From: a virus | Direction: 5' to 3' (one strand) | IMG/VR virus record: IMGVR_UViG_3300022542_001227 | Span: 1-40,383 of that record | Length of the DNA stretch: 40,383 nucleotides | Part shown: positions 15,749-22,857 of the stretch, piece after piece | Numbering within the stretch: the stretch's first letter is position 1 | Layout: every line of letters begins with the position of its first letter | Program-made: the position numbers and the translations under genes | The notes under the pieces: generated by a model | The model's input: the letters and a program-made list of their open reading frames with translations, nothing else | Databases searched by the model: none | What the model was told of the DNA's origin: nothing

Positions 15749-16519
15749 TTACGCCTGTGTGAATTGTTCCAATAATTGTTGTGGGGTTTCACGTGCAAAC
15801 ACTGGATCATAATATTGAGTATCACGCCAGAATTTTTGAATGTGTCTATCTGATCTTGTTTTGATTACGTGGCAATCATGACATAATAATTGAAAATTTC
15901 GTTCATCCCAAGGATGGCCACCAAACATTATTGCTATAATGTGATCAATTTCTATTTGATAATCAGAAATCATTAAACAGTTGCAATGCTCGCAATGCCA
16001 CTTTCTACCATACCCAGAATTTTCATCATGTGCTACTGCAGATTTTCTAATGAAAGAATTTCTAATGTTAGACCAGACAGTGAACATTTCATAGCAATAC
16101 TTGTTTGCACATTCATCACTGCAATGCTTTCTACGTGGCCACACAAAGGAATTACCACAATGGCAGATACCATTTTGAATATTAGTTAATTGTTGTTTTG
16201 TTGCATAGTATCTTTTGACTGGTCTTTTTGGAACATAGAGTGGTGCAGCCATCAAGCCTTGTGATTCATCTGGTTTCAACCATTTCTTTACAACTTGTCC
16301 TGGAATTAATACTGAATGAGAATATTTATTTGAATCAGTAAATTCATAATCAACTTTTTTATCAGGTTCTAGAAAATATTCAAACTTTTGATTATGTGTA
16401 TCTAATCTATGTTTCTTAAATTCATCTGGATAAAAAAATACTTTGTTGCAATTGTTGTGTCTGCATGTAAAATCAGTTGATGGTTCTGGTGAATCTTTGA
16501 ATAGTAATCCTTGTTTCAA
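15749..16519 (-). CDS. HNH endonuclease with N-terminal C2H2 finger (256 aa)
   Basis: IEIDHIIAIMFGGHPWDERNFQLLCHDCHVIKT is an HNH motif. N-terminal CRHNNCNKVFFYPDEFKKHRLDTH. TTG start in a TTGA overlap. Confidence 0.85.
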   Translation of the reverse strand: MKQGLLFKDSPEPSTDFTCRHNNCNKVFFYPDEFKKHRLDTHNQKFEYFLEPDKKVDYEFTDSNKYSHSVLIPGQVVKKWLKPDESQGLMAAPLYVPKRPVKRYYATKQQLTNIQNGICHCGNSFVWPRRKHCSDECANKYCYEMFTVWSNIRNSFIRKSAVAHDENSGYGRKWHCEHCNCLMISDYQIEIDHIIAIMFGGHPWDERNFQLLCHDCHVIKTRSDRHIQKFWRDTQYYDPVFARETPQQLLEQFTQA

Positions 16520-16650
16520 AAATCATCAATTCCTGTTTGATCTGGATTAGATGCAGCGTGTCTATTTACATGTGCCATCATTTCATCATATGTCATATTG
16601 TTTAAATCTTGATCACAGATTTTACATCTAGTGTCTTTCATTTGATTCAT
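16516..16650 (-). CDS. Small Cys/His protein (44 aa)
   Basis: Hand translation MNQMKDTRCKICDQDLNNMTYDEMMAHVNRH... ATGA overlap with 16647..16907. Confidence 0.4.
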   Translation of the reverse strand: MNQMKDTRCKICDQDLNNMTYDEMMAHVNRHAASNPDQTGIDDF

Positions 16651-16907
16651 AATTGGCTGGCCTTCGTGAAGGTAGTACTAGTTACATCGAATTTTTCATG
16701 TTTAGCGTTTAATTTTTTCAAGTGATTTTTACATAGTGTTCTAACTTCTTTACCAAATGGAATTCTAGTACCAGGTAATCCACAAAATGTACATTTCTTT
16801 GTCTTGTCTTGTGTAGCTAACTTTACTTTCTTCATTACTATTTTTTGATTCTTAGGTTTCACTGCAGCACTGTTAATGATTGCCCAAGGGCTTCTGCTAT
16901 ACTTCAA
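16647..16907 (-). CDS. Basic zinc-ribbon protein (86 aa)
   Basis: CTFCGLPG ... LCKNH. Track ORF. Confidence 0.5.
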   Translation of the reverse strand: MKYSRSPWAIINSAAVKPKNQKIVMKKVKLATQDKTKKCTFCGLPGTRIPFGKEVRTLCKNHLKKLNAKHEKFDVTSTTFTKASQL

Positions 16908-17325
16908 GATCAGAATCCTTGATAATCAAATCTTCAAATCCAAGTGCCACCATATGTTCCACAATTTTTTCTTCACTATAATCATCAGTTTGTGCAGCAT
17001 AAATTTCAATTAATTTCATTGGTAGTAGCTTATAATCAACTGCTGTTTTTACGTCATACTCTCTAATGATTTCACCATATCCATGCCAGCCACCATGAAG
17101 TAAAATTGCTAGATGTGGCAAATGATTTTTAACATAAATATCAGGGTATCTTGCATAGTTTTTGCCAGGTATCTTGAATGCTTCACCAGTCAAACATGGT
17201 AAATTAAAATGTCTTTTCAGATATTTCATTACTCTAAACTTATCAGGTATATCAGATTCTTCTGTTCTGTTTTTATTAGCTAAATGTACATATGCTTTTT
17301 TGCCAGTGTCATTATATTTTTTCAT
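16897..17325 (-). CDS. Vsr-like (very-short-patch-repair type) endonuclease-fold protein (142 aa)
   Basis: YPDIYVKNHLPHLAILLHGGWHGY parallels the Vsr signature PDIV..K.AIFVHGCFWHGH. Confidence 0.5.
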   Translation of the reverse strand: MKKYNDTGKKAYVHLANKNRTEESDIPDKFRVMKYLKRHFNLPCLTGEAFKIPGKNYARYPDIYVKNHLPHLAILLHGGWHGYGEIIREYDVKTAVDYKLLPMKLIEIYAAQTDDYSEEKIVEHMVALGFEDLIIKDSDLEV

Positions 17326-17900
17326 GATGATTCAAGTAGTACTGCTTCTTTTGTTGCATCTTCTTTGATGCCTTTGGATTTTAATAATTTTCTATCAGTT
17401 GGCAAGTATTTAGATTCCTTTAGTAGTTGATCAATCTCACTTTGAATTAACCAGTACCTTCTATCTTTGTTTGTTAGTTTATCATTTTTTATTTCATCTT
17501 GTAGAATTACAATTGCAGTTCTTTCTGGTTCACAAATTTTTCTACGCATCCTAGTAATGCTATCTGGCTGTGCTTCATTGTGAATTTTATTGTATAGTTG
17601 AACTGTATATGGCATTCCAGCACAAAACCCTAGGTAGTAATGCCAGTATTGATTGATAAACTGCCAATCATCTGTGTTTCTCATTCCTGGAATACAGTCT
17701 AACATGTATCTAATTCGTTCCTCAATATCATTTAATTTTACAATTACACTTTGATAGTACTGAAAAGTTTCATCTGTAATTTCATCTGATTCTGTAAGTG
17801 GAACAAAAGAATTTTCATCACAATTTTTATCACAATTCAATAATGTACATACGTGTGGTTCTTTTTCTGCATGATGATGTTGACAATTTGCACACTTCAT
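17322..17900 (-). CDS. Hypothetical protein with N-terminal Cys/His cluster (192 aa)
   Basis: Track ORF with 4-nt overlaps at both ends. Confidence 0.55.
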   Translation of the reverse strand: MKCANCQHHHAEKEPHVCTLLNCDKNCDENSFVPLTESDEITDETFQYYQSVIVKLNDIEERIRYMLDCIPGMRNTDDWQFINQYWHYYLGFCAGMPYTVQLYNKIHNEAQPDSITRMRRKICEPERTAIVILQDEIKNDKLTNKDRRYWLIQSEIDQLLKESKYLPTDRKLLKSKGIKEDATKEAVLLESS

Positions 17901-18163
17901 TCTAGATCATCTGTTTCAACTACTGCAAGCATTATACCTTCATAGAATAGATGGTTGCAATGATCTGTATTTAGTTTAATTTGTGCAGCAAGATAATGGG
18001 TATCACATGCATTTACCAATACATCAATATTTTCTGGATAAATATAATCACGTTCAATTACCTTGACACATTTACAACCACATTCCATATGCATGGCCCA
18101 TAAAATAGAACCATTTGGTGATACACAATAAGATGGTAGTGATAAAATTATTTTATTTTCCAA
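17897..18163 (-). CDS. Hypothetical Cys/His-rich protein (88 aa)
   Basis: Track ORF. Confidence 0.5.
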   Translation of the reverse strand: MENKIILSLPSYCVSPNGSILWAMHMECGCKCVKVIERDYIYPENIDVLVNACDTHYLAAQIKLNTDHCNHLFYEGIMLAVVETDDLE

Positions 18164-18569
18164 TTTTCTTTACTCCTGGTACTGCTTTGAAGAAATCAAT
18201 GGTTCCTACAATTGAAATAATAGGCATTTTCATTACATCAACAATTTGGGGATTTTCTAATGAATTGGTAACTGTGTTGAATTCACTGATTTTTGCATAT
18301 GTTCTTTTTTTGTTTGATGATATTTCAATCATGAATGATTTAGATCTTGCAAATGCTTCTGCAGCCATCAATACACATTTTGGACAAAAATTAGCACCTG
18401 GTTTTAATTCACTAAGTAATTCTGGTTCTACTGTTCCACCGCAATTTGTACAGTTATTTGATGGTTCAATTTCAATTCCAATATCAATTTTATTTGCTGT
18501 GTCAAATTGTTTTAATCTTGATTGTAATTGTTTTTCTTTCAAAATTTCTAGTTCTTTATCTTGTTCCAT
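18153..18569 (-). CDS. Zinc-ribbon protein (138 aa), first gene of a motif-driven unit
   Basis: CTNCGG ... CPKC. Track ORF trimmed to the second ATG (18569), which abuts the proximal ATGCTAC copy. Confidence 0.55.
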   Translation of the reverse strand: MEQDKELEILKEKQLQSRLKQFDTANKIDIGIEIEPSNNCTNCGGTVEPELLSELKPGANFCPKCVLMAAEAFARSKSFMIEISSNKKRTYAKISEFNTVTNSLENPQIVDVMKMPIISIVGTIDFFKAVPGVKKIGK

Positions 18570-18599
18570 GTAGCATGGTGTCATGTAGCATGTAATAAA
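18570..18599 (-). promoter_or_regulatory. Motif promoter 6: TTTATTAC at -30, tandem ATGCTACATG-N5-ATGCTACATG
   Basis: Copies at 18567-18576 and 18582-18591. Confidence 0.55.
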
Positions 18600-18639
18600 G
18601 ATATTGTCAATAAAATTACATAAAATAGTAGATTCCGTT

Positions 18640-18653
18640 CATTGTATACAATG
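18640..18653. repeat. CATTGTATACAATG palindrome, copy 3
   Basis: Perfect 14-bp palindrome in the intergenic composite element. Confidence 0.75.
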
Positions 18654-18668
18654 TGCAGGACAACATTG

Positions 18669-18682
18669 GGCCCAATTGGGCC
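18669..18682. repeat. GGCCCAATTGGGCC perfect palindrome
   Basis: GC-rich 14-mer in an AT-rich genome. It occupies the slot held by the 20-mer palindrome in the paralogous element at 35408-35427. Confidence 0.7.
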
Positions 18683-18685
18683 ATT

Positions 18686-18704
18686 TCCAGGTCAGTTACC
18701 TGGT
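18686..18704. repeat. 19-bp CCAGGT-N5-ACCTGG hairpin repeat, copy 1
   Basis: tccaggtcagttacctggt is the exact reverse complement of 19825-19843. Confidence 0.85.
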
Positions 18705-18947
18705 TACTGGACTGGAAACAAAGGGGTGCACATATGCAATTACAACATCTGTTTCAATTGCTTCATCTATAATGTGATCCATACAATAATGTCTGTTAGG
18801 TTTGTTTACAATTTCATTTTTACAATGCCTGTTGCTACATTTTTTGTATAATTTTACTTTATGATTCCTCAAAGTATGAGCAAGAAACGCAGCAGAATCT
18901 AATTTGTTAAGGGGATTACCAAATAGATCTTTCTGATTCTTGCACAT
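18696..18947 (-). CDS. Cys/His-rich protein (83 aa)
   Basis: HCKNEIVNKPNRHYCMDH. The track TTG start is replaced by the ATG at 18947. The last codons overlap the 19-bp CCAGGT hairpin repeat. Confidence 0.45.
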   Translation of the reverse strand: MCKNQKDLFGNPLNKLDSAAFLAHTLRNHKVKLYKKCSNRHCKNEIVNKPNRHYCMDHIIDEAIETDVVIAYVHPFVSSPVTR

Positions 18948-19020
18948 GCTTTGATTCAACAATACTTTACAAAGTCTGAATATCAGTCTAATTGATCAAA
19001 AAGATTAAGCTGATGGTTGA

Positions 19021-20256
19021 TTATTTGACTTGATTGCCATATCCTCTAAAACCTTTTGTTGGCTCTCTTTGATACATTTCAATTGCATCTGGTCTATTGG
19101 GATACATTTCTAGTAACATTTTAGCAAATATTTTTGGCTTGGCAGAATGTTCACCAACTGGTGCATCAATAACAGATTCAAATCTTTTTACTGGTACAAC
19201 TTTCTTACCTTTGAAACAAAGTAACAATGTTTCATGGTATCCAAGTGTGTAAGAACCAGTATTTGGTTTATCTTTATGCCATATGATTTCTGCACCAACT
19301 TCAAGACCATGTGCTTCTAAGATATGTTCCATTGTAGATCTAGTTTTTGAAATTGGTTTCATAATTTTTCTATGCTGTGTTACGTGATTTACTACACCTG
19401 CTTCAACTATTGTTTCACGTTCACCAGTAATTCTTTTAATTCTATCATACTTCATACTGTTTGGTATCCACATTGCAACAACTGCTTCATCTGCAATTGG
19501 TAATTTAATATCACAAATTTCATCAAGTGTCATTAATGGATAATGTTTCAATGCCCCACCACGTACAGTTGCATCTTTGAATTTGTAGGGCCAATCAACA
19601 TATAGCAATGTAGTTTTGCCTTCTGGTGCTGGTAACTTTGGTAAATTTCGTTCTTTGATTGTAACTAGTGTATGTACTGTATTGATTGATTTTTTCTTTT
19701 TATCCAAATCATCTAAAAACTTTTCAAATTCAGGGTTTGCATCAACACTATCAATGATTTTTTTAATCTTTGAAATTTGTGCTGGTGAATCACCAGTAAT
19801 TTGTGATACTATTTTGATTGTTTTACCAGGTAACTGACCTGGATTGTCTTTTGTTGGTCTACCAAGTATTTGCTTCTTTTCAATCAAATCAATAATGGTT
19901 CCAATTTCCCTTGTAGTGTAACCTTTACGTGCACCAGTTCCAATAAAACCTGCAGCAACTAGATCATCAACATCTAACATTACAAAAGGAATTACAGTTG
20001 CATCAAGTGATTCAAATGCTTGTATTCTTCGTTCACCTTTTACAAGTTTCATTTTTGGTGTAATTAGTATTGGCTGTTCTATTCCTACTTCTAGCATTGT
20101 ATTAGCTAGTGCTTCAATATCACCATAGTTGGTTCTGATTCTGCCAGATCTATCAATGTCTGCAATTGAAATTAATTCTGCATTAGTTGGTACTTTGATT
20201 TGAATTGCTTTTGTTTCAAAATAACCACCAACAAATTTTTGTGGTTTGTGAATCAT
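19021..20256 (-). CDS. ParB-like N-terminal domain fused to an MT-A70-type N6-adenine DNA methyltransferase (411 aa)
   Basis: ParB/Srx box GIEQPILITPKMKLVKGERRIQAF. MT-A70-like LLYVDWPY (a DPPW variant), YPLMTLDEI, MWIPN, IIWHKDK and HSAKPK. Confidence 0.8.
   Translation of the reverse strand: MIHKPQKFVGGYFETKAIQIKVPTNAELISIADIDRSGRIRTNYGDIEALANTMLEVGIEQPILITPKMKLVKGERRIQAFESLDATVIPFVMLDVDDLVAAGFIGTGARKGYTTREIGTIIDLIEKKQILGRPTKDNPGQLPGKTIKIVSQITGDSPAQISKIKKIIDSVDANPEFEKFLDDLDKKKKSINTVHTLVTIKERNLPKLPAPEGKTTLLYVDWPYKFKDATVRGGALKHYPLMTLDEICDIKLPIADEAVVAMWIPNSMKYDRIKRITGERETIVEAGVVNHVTQHRKIMKPISKTRSTMEHILEAHGLEVGAEIIWHKDKPNTGSYTLGYHETLLLCFKGKKVVPVKRFESVIDAPVGEHSAKPKIFAKMLLEMYPNRPDAIEMYQREPTKGFRGYGNQVK
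19825..19843. repeat. 19-bp hairpin repeat, copy 2 (inside the ParB-MT-A70 gene, at the domain junction)
   Basis: accaggtaactgacctgga encodes NPGQLPG. Confidence 0.85.
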
Positions 20257-20429
20257 TGCTCTACCTCACTATACTTTGGTATTTCACTAAACTTTATTAC
20301 TTTGGAATAATCTATATTGTTTTTCTTGGGATTGCCTTGTTCATCTACATATCCATTCTTTGTCCATATCCAAGTTTTAGTGACTCCTTTGAGTTTTTCT
20401 TCATGTTTACCTTTGATGTGTGTAATCAT
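20253..20429 (-). CDS. Hypothetical protein (58 aa)
   Basis: Track ORF trimmed from a GTG start to the ATG at 20429. 4-nt overlap with the methyltransferase gene. Confidence 0.45.
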   Translation of the reverse strand: MITHIKGKHEEKLKGVTKTWIWTKNGYVDEQGNPKKNNIDYSKVIKFSEIPKYSEVEQ

Positions 20430-20538
20430 TAACACTCACTCCAACCACATTCACAGTCATAACCATTTTCATTATACTTGCATTTTTTACCACATTTAGA
20501 ACAGTTTAGAGTACCCTCAATAGTTTCAAAATCTTCAA

Positions 20539-20727
20539 TCAATCTTCTCTCTCCCATAGTTCAGCATGTTTACCCATAGGGATTCTAGTTCTAGGTGGTA
20601 ATTTTCCATCTCTTAATTGTCTTAATTTGGATTGTGTAATATCAAAGAATTGTGACATACCTTTCATATCCATTCCTTGTTCTAATGAGTCTACCAATTC
20701 AGTTTTAGTAAGATAGTTTTGAGTCAA
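20539..20727 (-). CDS. Possible helix-turn-helix protein (62 aa)
   Basis: MSQFFDITQSKLRQLRDGK is an HTH-like segment. TTG start in a TTGA overlap. Confidence 0.4.
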   Translation of the reverse strand: MTQNYLTKTELVDSLEQGMDMKGMSQFFDITQSKLRQLRDGKLPPRTRIPMGKHAELWERED

Positions 20728-20918
20728 TGCATAAAAAACTCCTGTACGATAGTTGCAGTTTCAATTAATCCACAACCTGACTCACATTTTGGACAAAACA
20801 GTTGTACTAATTCAGGTAATTCTTTGTAACGTCTATCAAACTCTAAAATCTCTAACTGTGTAGAACATTCAGCACATGTTCTTTCAGTTGTTAATGTTTC
20901 TGATTTATCTAAACTCAA
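20724..20918 (-). CDS. Zinc-ribbon protein (about 64 aa)
   Basis: CAEC ... CPKC. The track ORF 20724..21008 has a hydrophobic N-terminus that looks like an out-of-frame read of 20938..21075. A TTG at 20918 lies 9 nt after AGGAG. Confidence 0.4.
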   Translation of the reverse strand: MSLDKSETLTTERTCAECSTQLEILEFDRRYKELPELVQLFCPKCESGCGLIETATIVQEFFMH

Positions 20919-20937
20919 GAACAATCTCTCCTGAGTG

Positions 20938-21075
20938 TCATTTAATTCCCTCAATGTGTTTTTTGATACATTCAAAACAAAATAAATCACTACAAAAACC
21001 ACATTCAAAATGGTGATTTCTTGCCTCCATGTGCCAACATTGGTCGGTTGAATTACACTTTAATTCTTTAATCAA
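20938..21075 (-). CDS. Cys/His-rich micro-protein (45 aa)
   Basis: Hand translation (M)IKELKCNSTDQCWHMEARNHHFECGFCSDLFCFECIKKHIEGIK. TTG start in a TTGA overlap. Confidence 0.4.
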   Translation of the reverse strand: MIKELKCNSTDQCWHMEARNHHFECGFCSDLFCFECIKKHIEGIK

Positions 21076-21188
21076 CTACTTTCTACTCCAAGTGTTGTTT
21101 GGCAGACGTTACCACAGTCTTGACAAATCTCCTTATTGGAATCTAAATCAGGTAACGTATTGTTAGTTTTACAGTTATAACATCTCAT
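21072..21188 (-). CDS. Zinc-ribbon micro-protein (38 aa)
   Basis: Hand translation MRCYNCKTNNTLPDLDSNKEICQDCGNVCQTTLGVESS. ATGA overlap. Confidence 0.4.
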   Translation of the reverse strand: MRCYNCKTNNTLPDLDSNKEICQDCGNVCQTTLGVESS

Positions 21189-21295
21189 TTTAATTTCTTA
21201 CCCTCACTTCTTAGACCACATTTTGAACATTGTGATTTTGGTTTAGAACTGATAAAATAATGACTGCATTTACAAGAAAATAAAAAATAAGGCAT
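21185..21295 (-). CDS. Zinc-ribbon micro-protein (36 aa)
   Basis: Hand translation MPYFLFSCKCSHYFISSKPKSQCSKCGLRSEGKKLK. TAATG overlap. Confidence 0.4.
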   Translation of the reverse strand: MPYFLFSCKCSHYFISSKPKSQCSKCGLRSEGKKLK

Positions 21296-21411
21296 TAGAA
21301 ATAATATCTGCCTCTATATGTTACAAATCCATTTTCCAACCCCTCTCTTAATGGGATTGTTCTAAAGACTTTTTGGATTGTTTGTATGTTGTGAGTTTTT
21401 ACTTGTTTCAT
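21295..21411 (-). CDS. Small protein (38 aa), first gene behind the GTTATAATATAAC operator pair
   Basis: Hand translation MKQVKTHNIQTIQKVFRTIPLREGLENGFVTYRGRYYF. Confidence 0.4.
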   Translation of the reverse strand: MKQVKTHNIQTIQKVFRTIPLREGLENGFVTYRGRYYF

Positions 21412-21458
21412 GTTATATTATAACAACTCCTTAGTTATATACATTGTTATATTATAAC
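21412..21458 (-). promoter_or_regulatory. Promoter with two GTTATAATATAAC near-palindromes bracketing a TATATAAC box
   Basis: 13-mers at 21412-21424 (abutting the ATG at 21411) and 21446-21458. TATA-like octamer at 21434-21441, starting 30 nt upstream of the ATG. Confidence 0.5.
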
Positions 21459-21461
21459 ACT

Positions 21462-21710
21462 TCAACTACGTTCAACCTCAAGTGTATAGTGATTTAATTT
21501 TCCTAGTTTCTTATCCTTTTCATAATCCATGAATAATTTATGGTCTCTGTCTGTCATTGAACAGTAATGAGGCTTACAATATTTTGTTTTTAATCCCCAA
21601 TCTAATGCAAATTGATACTGTGATTCGTTTTGATTCATGGCGTAATTTGCTTTCCATACTTTACAGATGAATAAATTTTCTAACCAATTTGGTTTTTCTT
21701 TAACTTCCAT
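21462..21710 (-). CDS. Hypothetical protein (82 aa)
   Basis: Track ORF with ATG start and a TAATG overlap with the upstream gene. Confidence 0.5.
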   Translation of the reverse strand: MEVKEKPNWLENLFICKVWKANYAMNQNESQYQFALDWGLKTKYCKPHYCSMTDRDHKLFMDYEKDKKLGKLNHYTLEVERS

Positions 21711-21928
21711 TATGCTTTACCCTCATCTTCTTTTGTTGTTTGACCTGTTTGTTCCAACCAAAAATCAAATAATTCTCCTAGTGGAAATAACTCATTGTGT
21801 ATCATTTCTTCTAATTTTGGCATGACTTGTAAACAGAAATTGGTTGAATATCCCCTAGATGCAAGATGTTGACATTGATCTTTCAATGCTAGATACTGCA
21901 TAACTGTGTTAAGTTCCTCAAATTTCAT
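21710..21928 (-). CDS. Hypothetical protein (72 aa)
   Basis: Track ORF 21710..21994 trimmed to the ATG at 21928, giving an ATGA overlap with 21925..22299. Confidence 0.45.
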   Translation of the reverse strand: MKFEELNTVMQYLALKDQCQHLASRGYSTNFCLQVMPKLEEMIHNELFPLGELFDFWLEQTGQTTKEDEGKA

Positions 21929-22299
21929 ATCGCTTTCCCTTCTTCTTTGTCGGTATCTTGGGGTTCTTCGTGTAGCCTCTCTAATGTATCCCACATACCA
22001 TTTGGTTTAGTAACTCTGAGAATTGTTTTAGCATTTAGATTCTTTTCAGGTAGAGTTTTGTAATCCCAACCCTCAGAACCGTCATATTCTGAACGTTCTA
22101 ACCACCAAGTACCACCAACAACTAACAAATCACTAGCAATCTCTTGAGCACCATATCCTGAATCATAGTCTATATCTGCAATCTTTTCAAATTCTTTCCA
22201 AGAGATAACATATTCACCATTACCAACCCATTTAATTTCAACAGTGCTTTTGTCATGACTCTTTAGAATCGATAGTGTTTCTTCAAGTAAGTTTGTCAT
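21925..22299 (-). CDS. Hypothetical protein (124 aa)
   Basis: Track ORF with a GGTWWLERSEYDGSEGWDY segment. No family assigned. Confidence 0.55.
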   Translation of the reverse strand: MTNLLEETLSILKSHDKSTVEIKWVGNGEYVISWKEFEKIADIDYDSGYGAQEIASDLLVVGGTWWLERSEYDGSEGWDYKTLPEKNLNAKTILRVTKPNGMWDTLERLHEEPQDTDKEEGKAI

Positions 22300-22430
22300 T
22301 TCTTCACTTTCCCAATGTTTGAAAGTGTATTTTCACGCATGATTGATTCATAAATAAATTGGTACTCTTTTTTGAAATCTTCTGAAAGATTAGGTGTGAT
22401 GCAATCATGTAAGAATTGATATTGTTTCAT
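22296..22430 (-). CDS. Small protein (44 aa)
   Basis: Hand translation MKQYQFLHDCITPNLSEDFKKEYQFIYESIMRENTLSNIGKVKK. ATGA overlaps at both ends. Confidence 0.4.
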   Translation of the reverse strand: MKQYQFLHDCITPNLSEDFKKEYQFIYESIMRENTLSNIGKVKK

Positions 22431-22531
22431 TGAGAACTCTTACCTCGAAGTGTAACTTGACTCGGACACCCTTGATAACATGGAGGACATATCCAATGGT
22501 GATTTCGTTTATGTAATGCACAATAGAACAT
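22427..22531 (-). CDS. Cys/His micro-protein (34 aa)
   Basis: Hand translation MFYCALHKRNHHWICPPCYQGCPSQVTLRGKSSQ. GGGAG lies 11 nt upstream of the ATG. Confidence 0.4.
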   Translation of the reverse strand: MFYCALHKRNHHWICPPCYQGCPSQVTLRGKSSQ

Positions 22532-22623
22532 TATCGATTTAACTCCCAATGATAAACACAATACTCTGAATTATCTTCTTGTACTGTAGCCTCTTCAAAA
22601 CATTCAGGCCAATCACACGTCAT
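22531..22623 (-). CDS. Cys/His micro-protein (30 aa)
   Basis: Hand translation MTCDWPECFEEATVQEDNSEYCVYHWELNR. The ATG abuts the stop of 22624..22857. Confidence 0.35.
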   Translation of the reverse strand: MTCDWPECFEEATVQEDNSEYCVYHWELNR

Positions 22624-22857
22624 CTAACATTTTCCCCCTTTTGTTCGCTGAGGAATGAATTTATCGTCAGGGTGGCATTTATGACAGTCTAACGAATCAT
22701 AAAATCCATCAAAACAATAACCACAAGGTTCATCACATAAGATAAACTCAGGATTCCAGCCATATTCTTGATTATGGAATATTACATGTTTTGGTAATCT
22801 AAGTAAAAATCCTATTTGTCTAACTCGTCTATGAATTAAACCATGAATGTTCCTCAT
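22624..22857 (-). CDS. Cys/His-rich protein (77 aa)
   Basis: CDEPCGYCFDGFYDSLDCHKCH. Track ORF abutting the Dam gene stop. Confidence 0.5.
   Translation of the reverse strand: MRNIHGLIHRRVRQIGFLLRLPKHVIFHNQEYGWNPEFILCDEPCGYCFDGFYDSLDCHKCHPDDKFIPQRTKGGKC

Noticed and set aside
18115-18573. 152-aa plus-strand ORF opposite 18153..18569
   Set aside because: The minus-strand frame has a CxxC...CxxC zinc ribbon, the ATGCTAC promoter at its start and a 4-nt-type coupling downstream. The plus frame is hydrophobic and low-complexity and would be the only such gene in a uniformly minus-strand block.
18640-18715. The composite elements as tRNA fragments or an attP site
   Set aside because: There is no cloverleaf-compatible arms or T-loop (GTTCRANYC) sequence, and no integrase is encoded anywhere. 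An att function cannot be excluded without host genomes.
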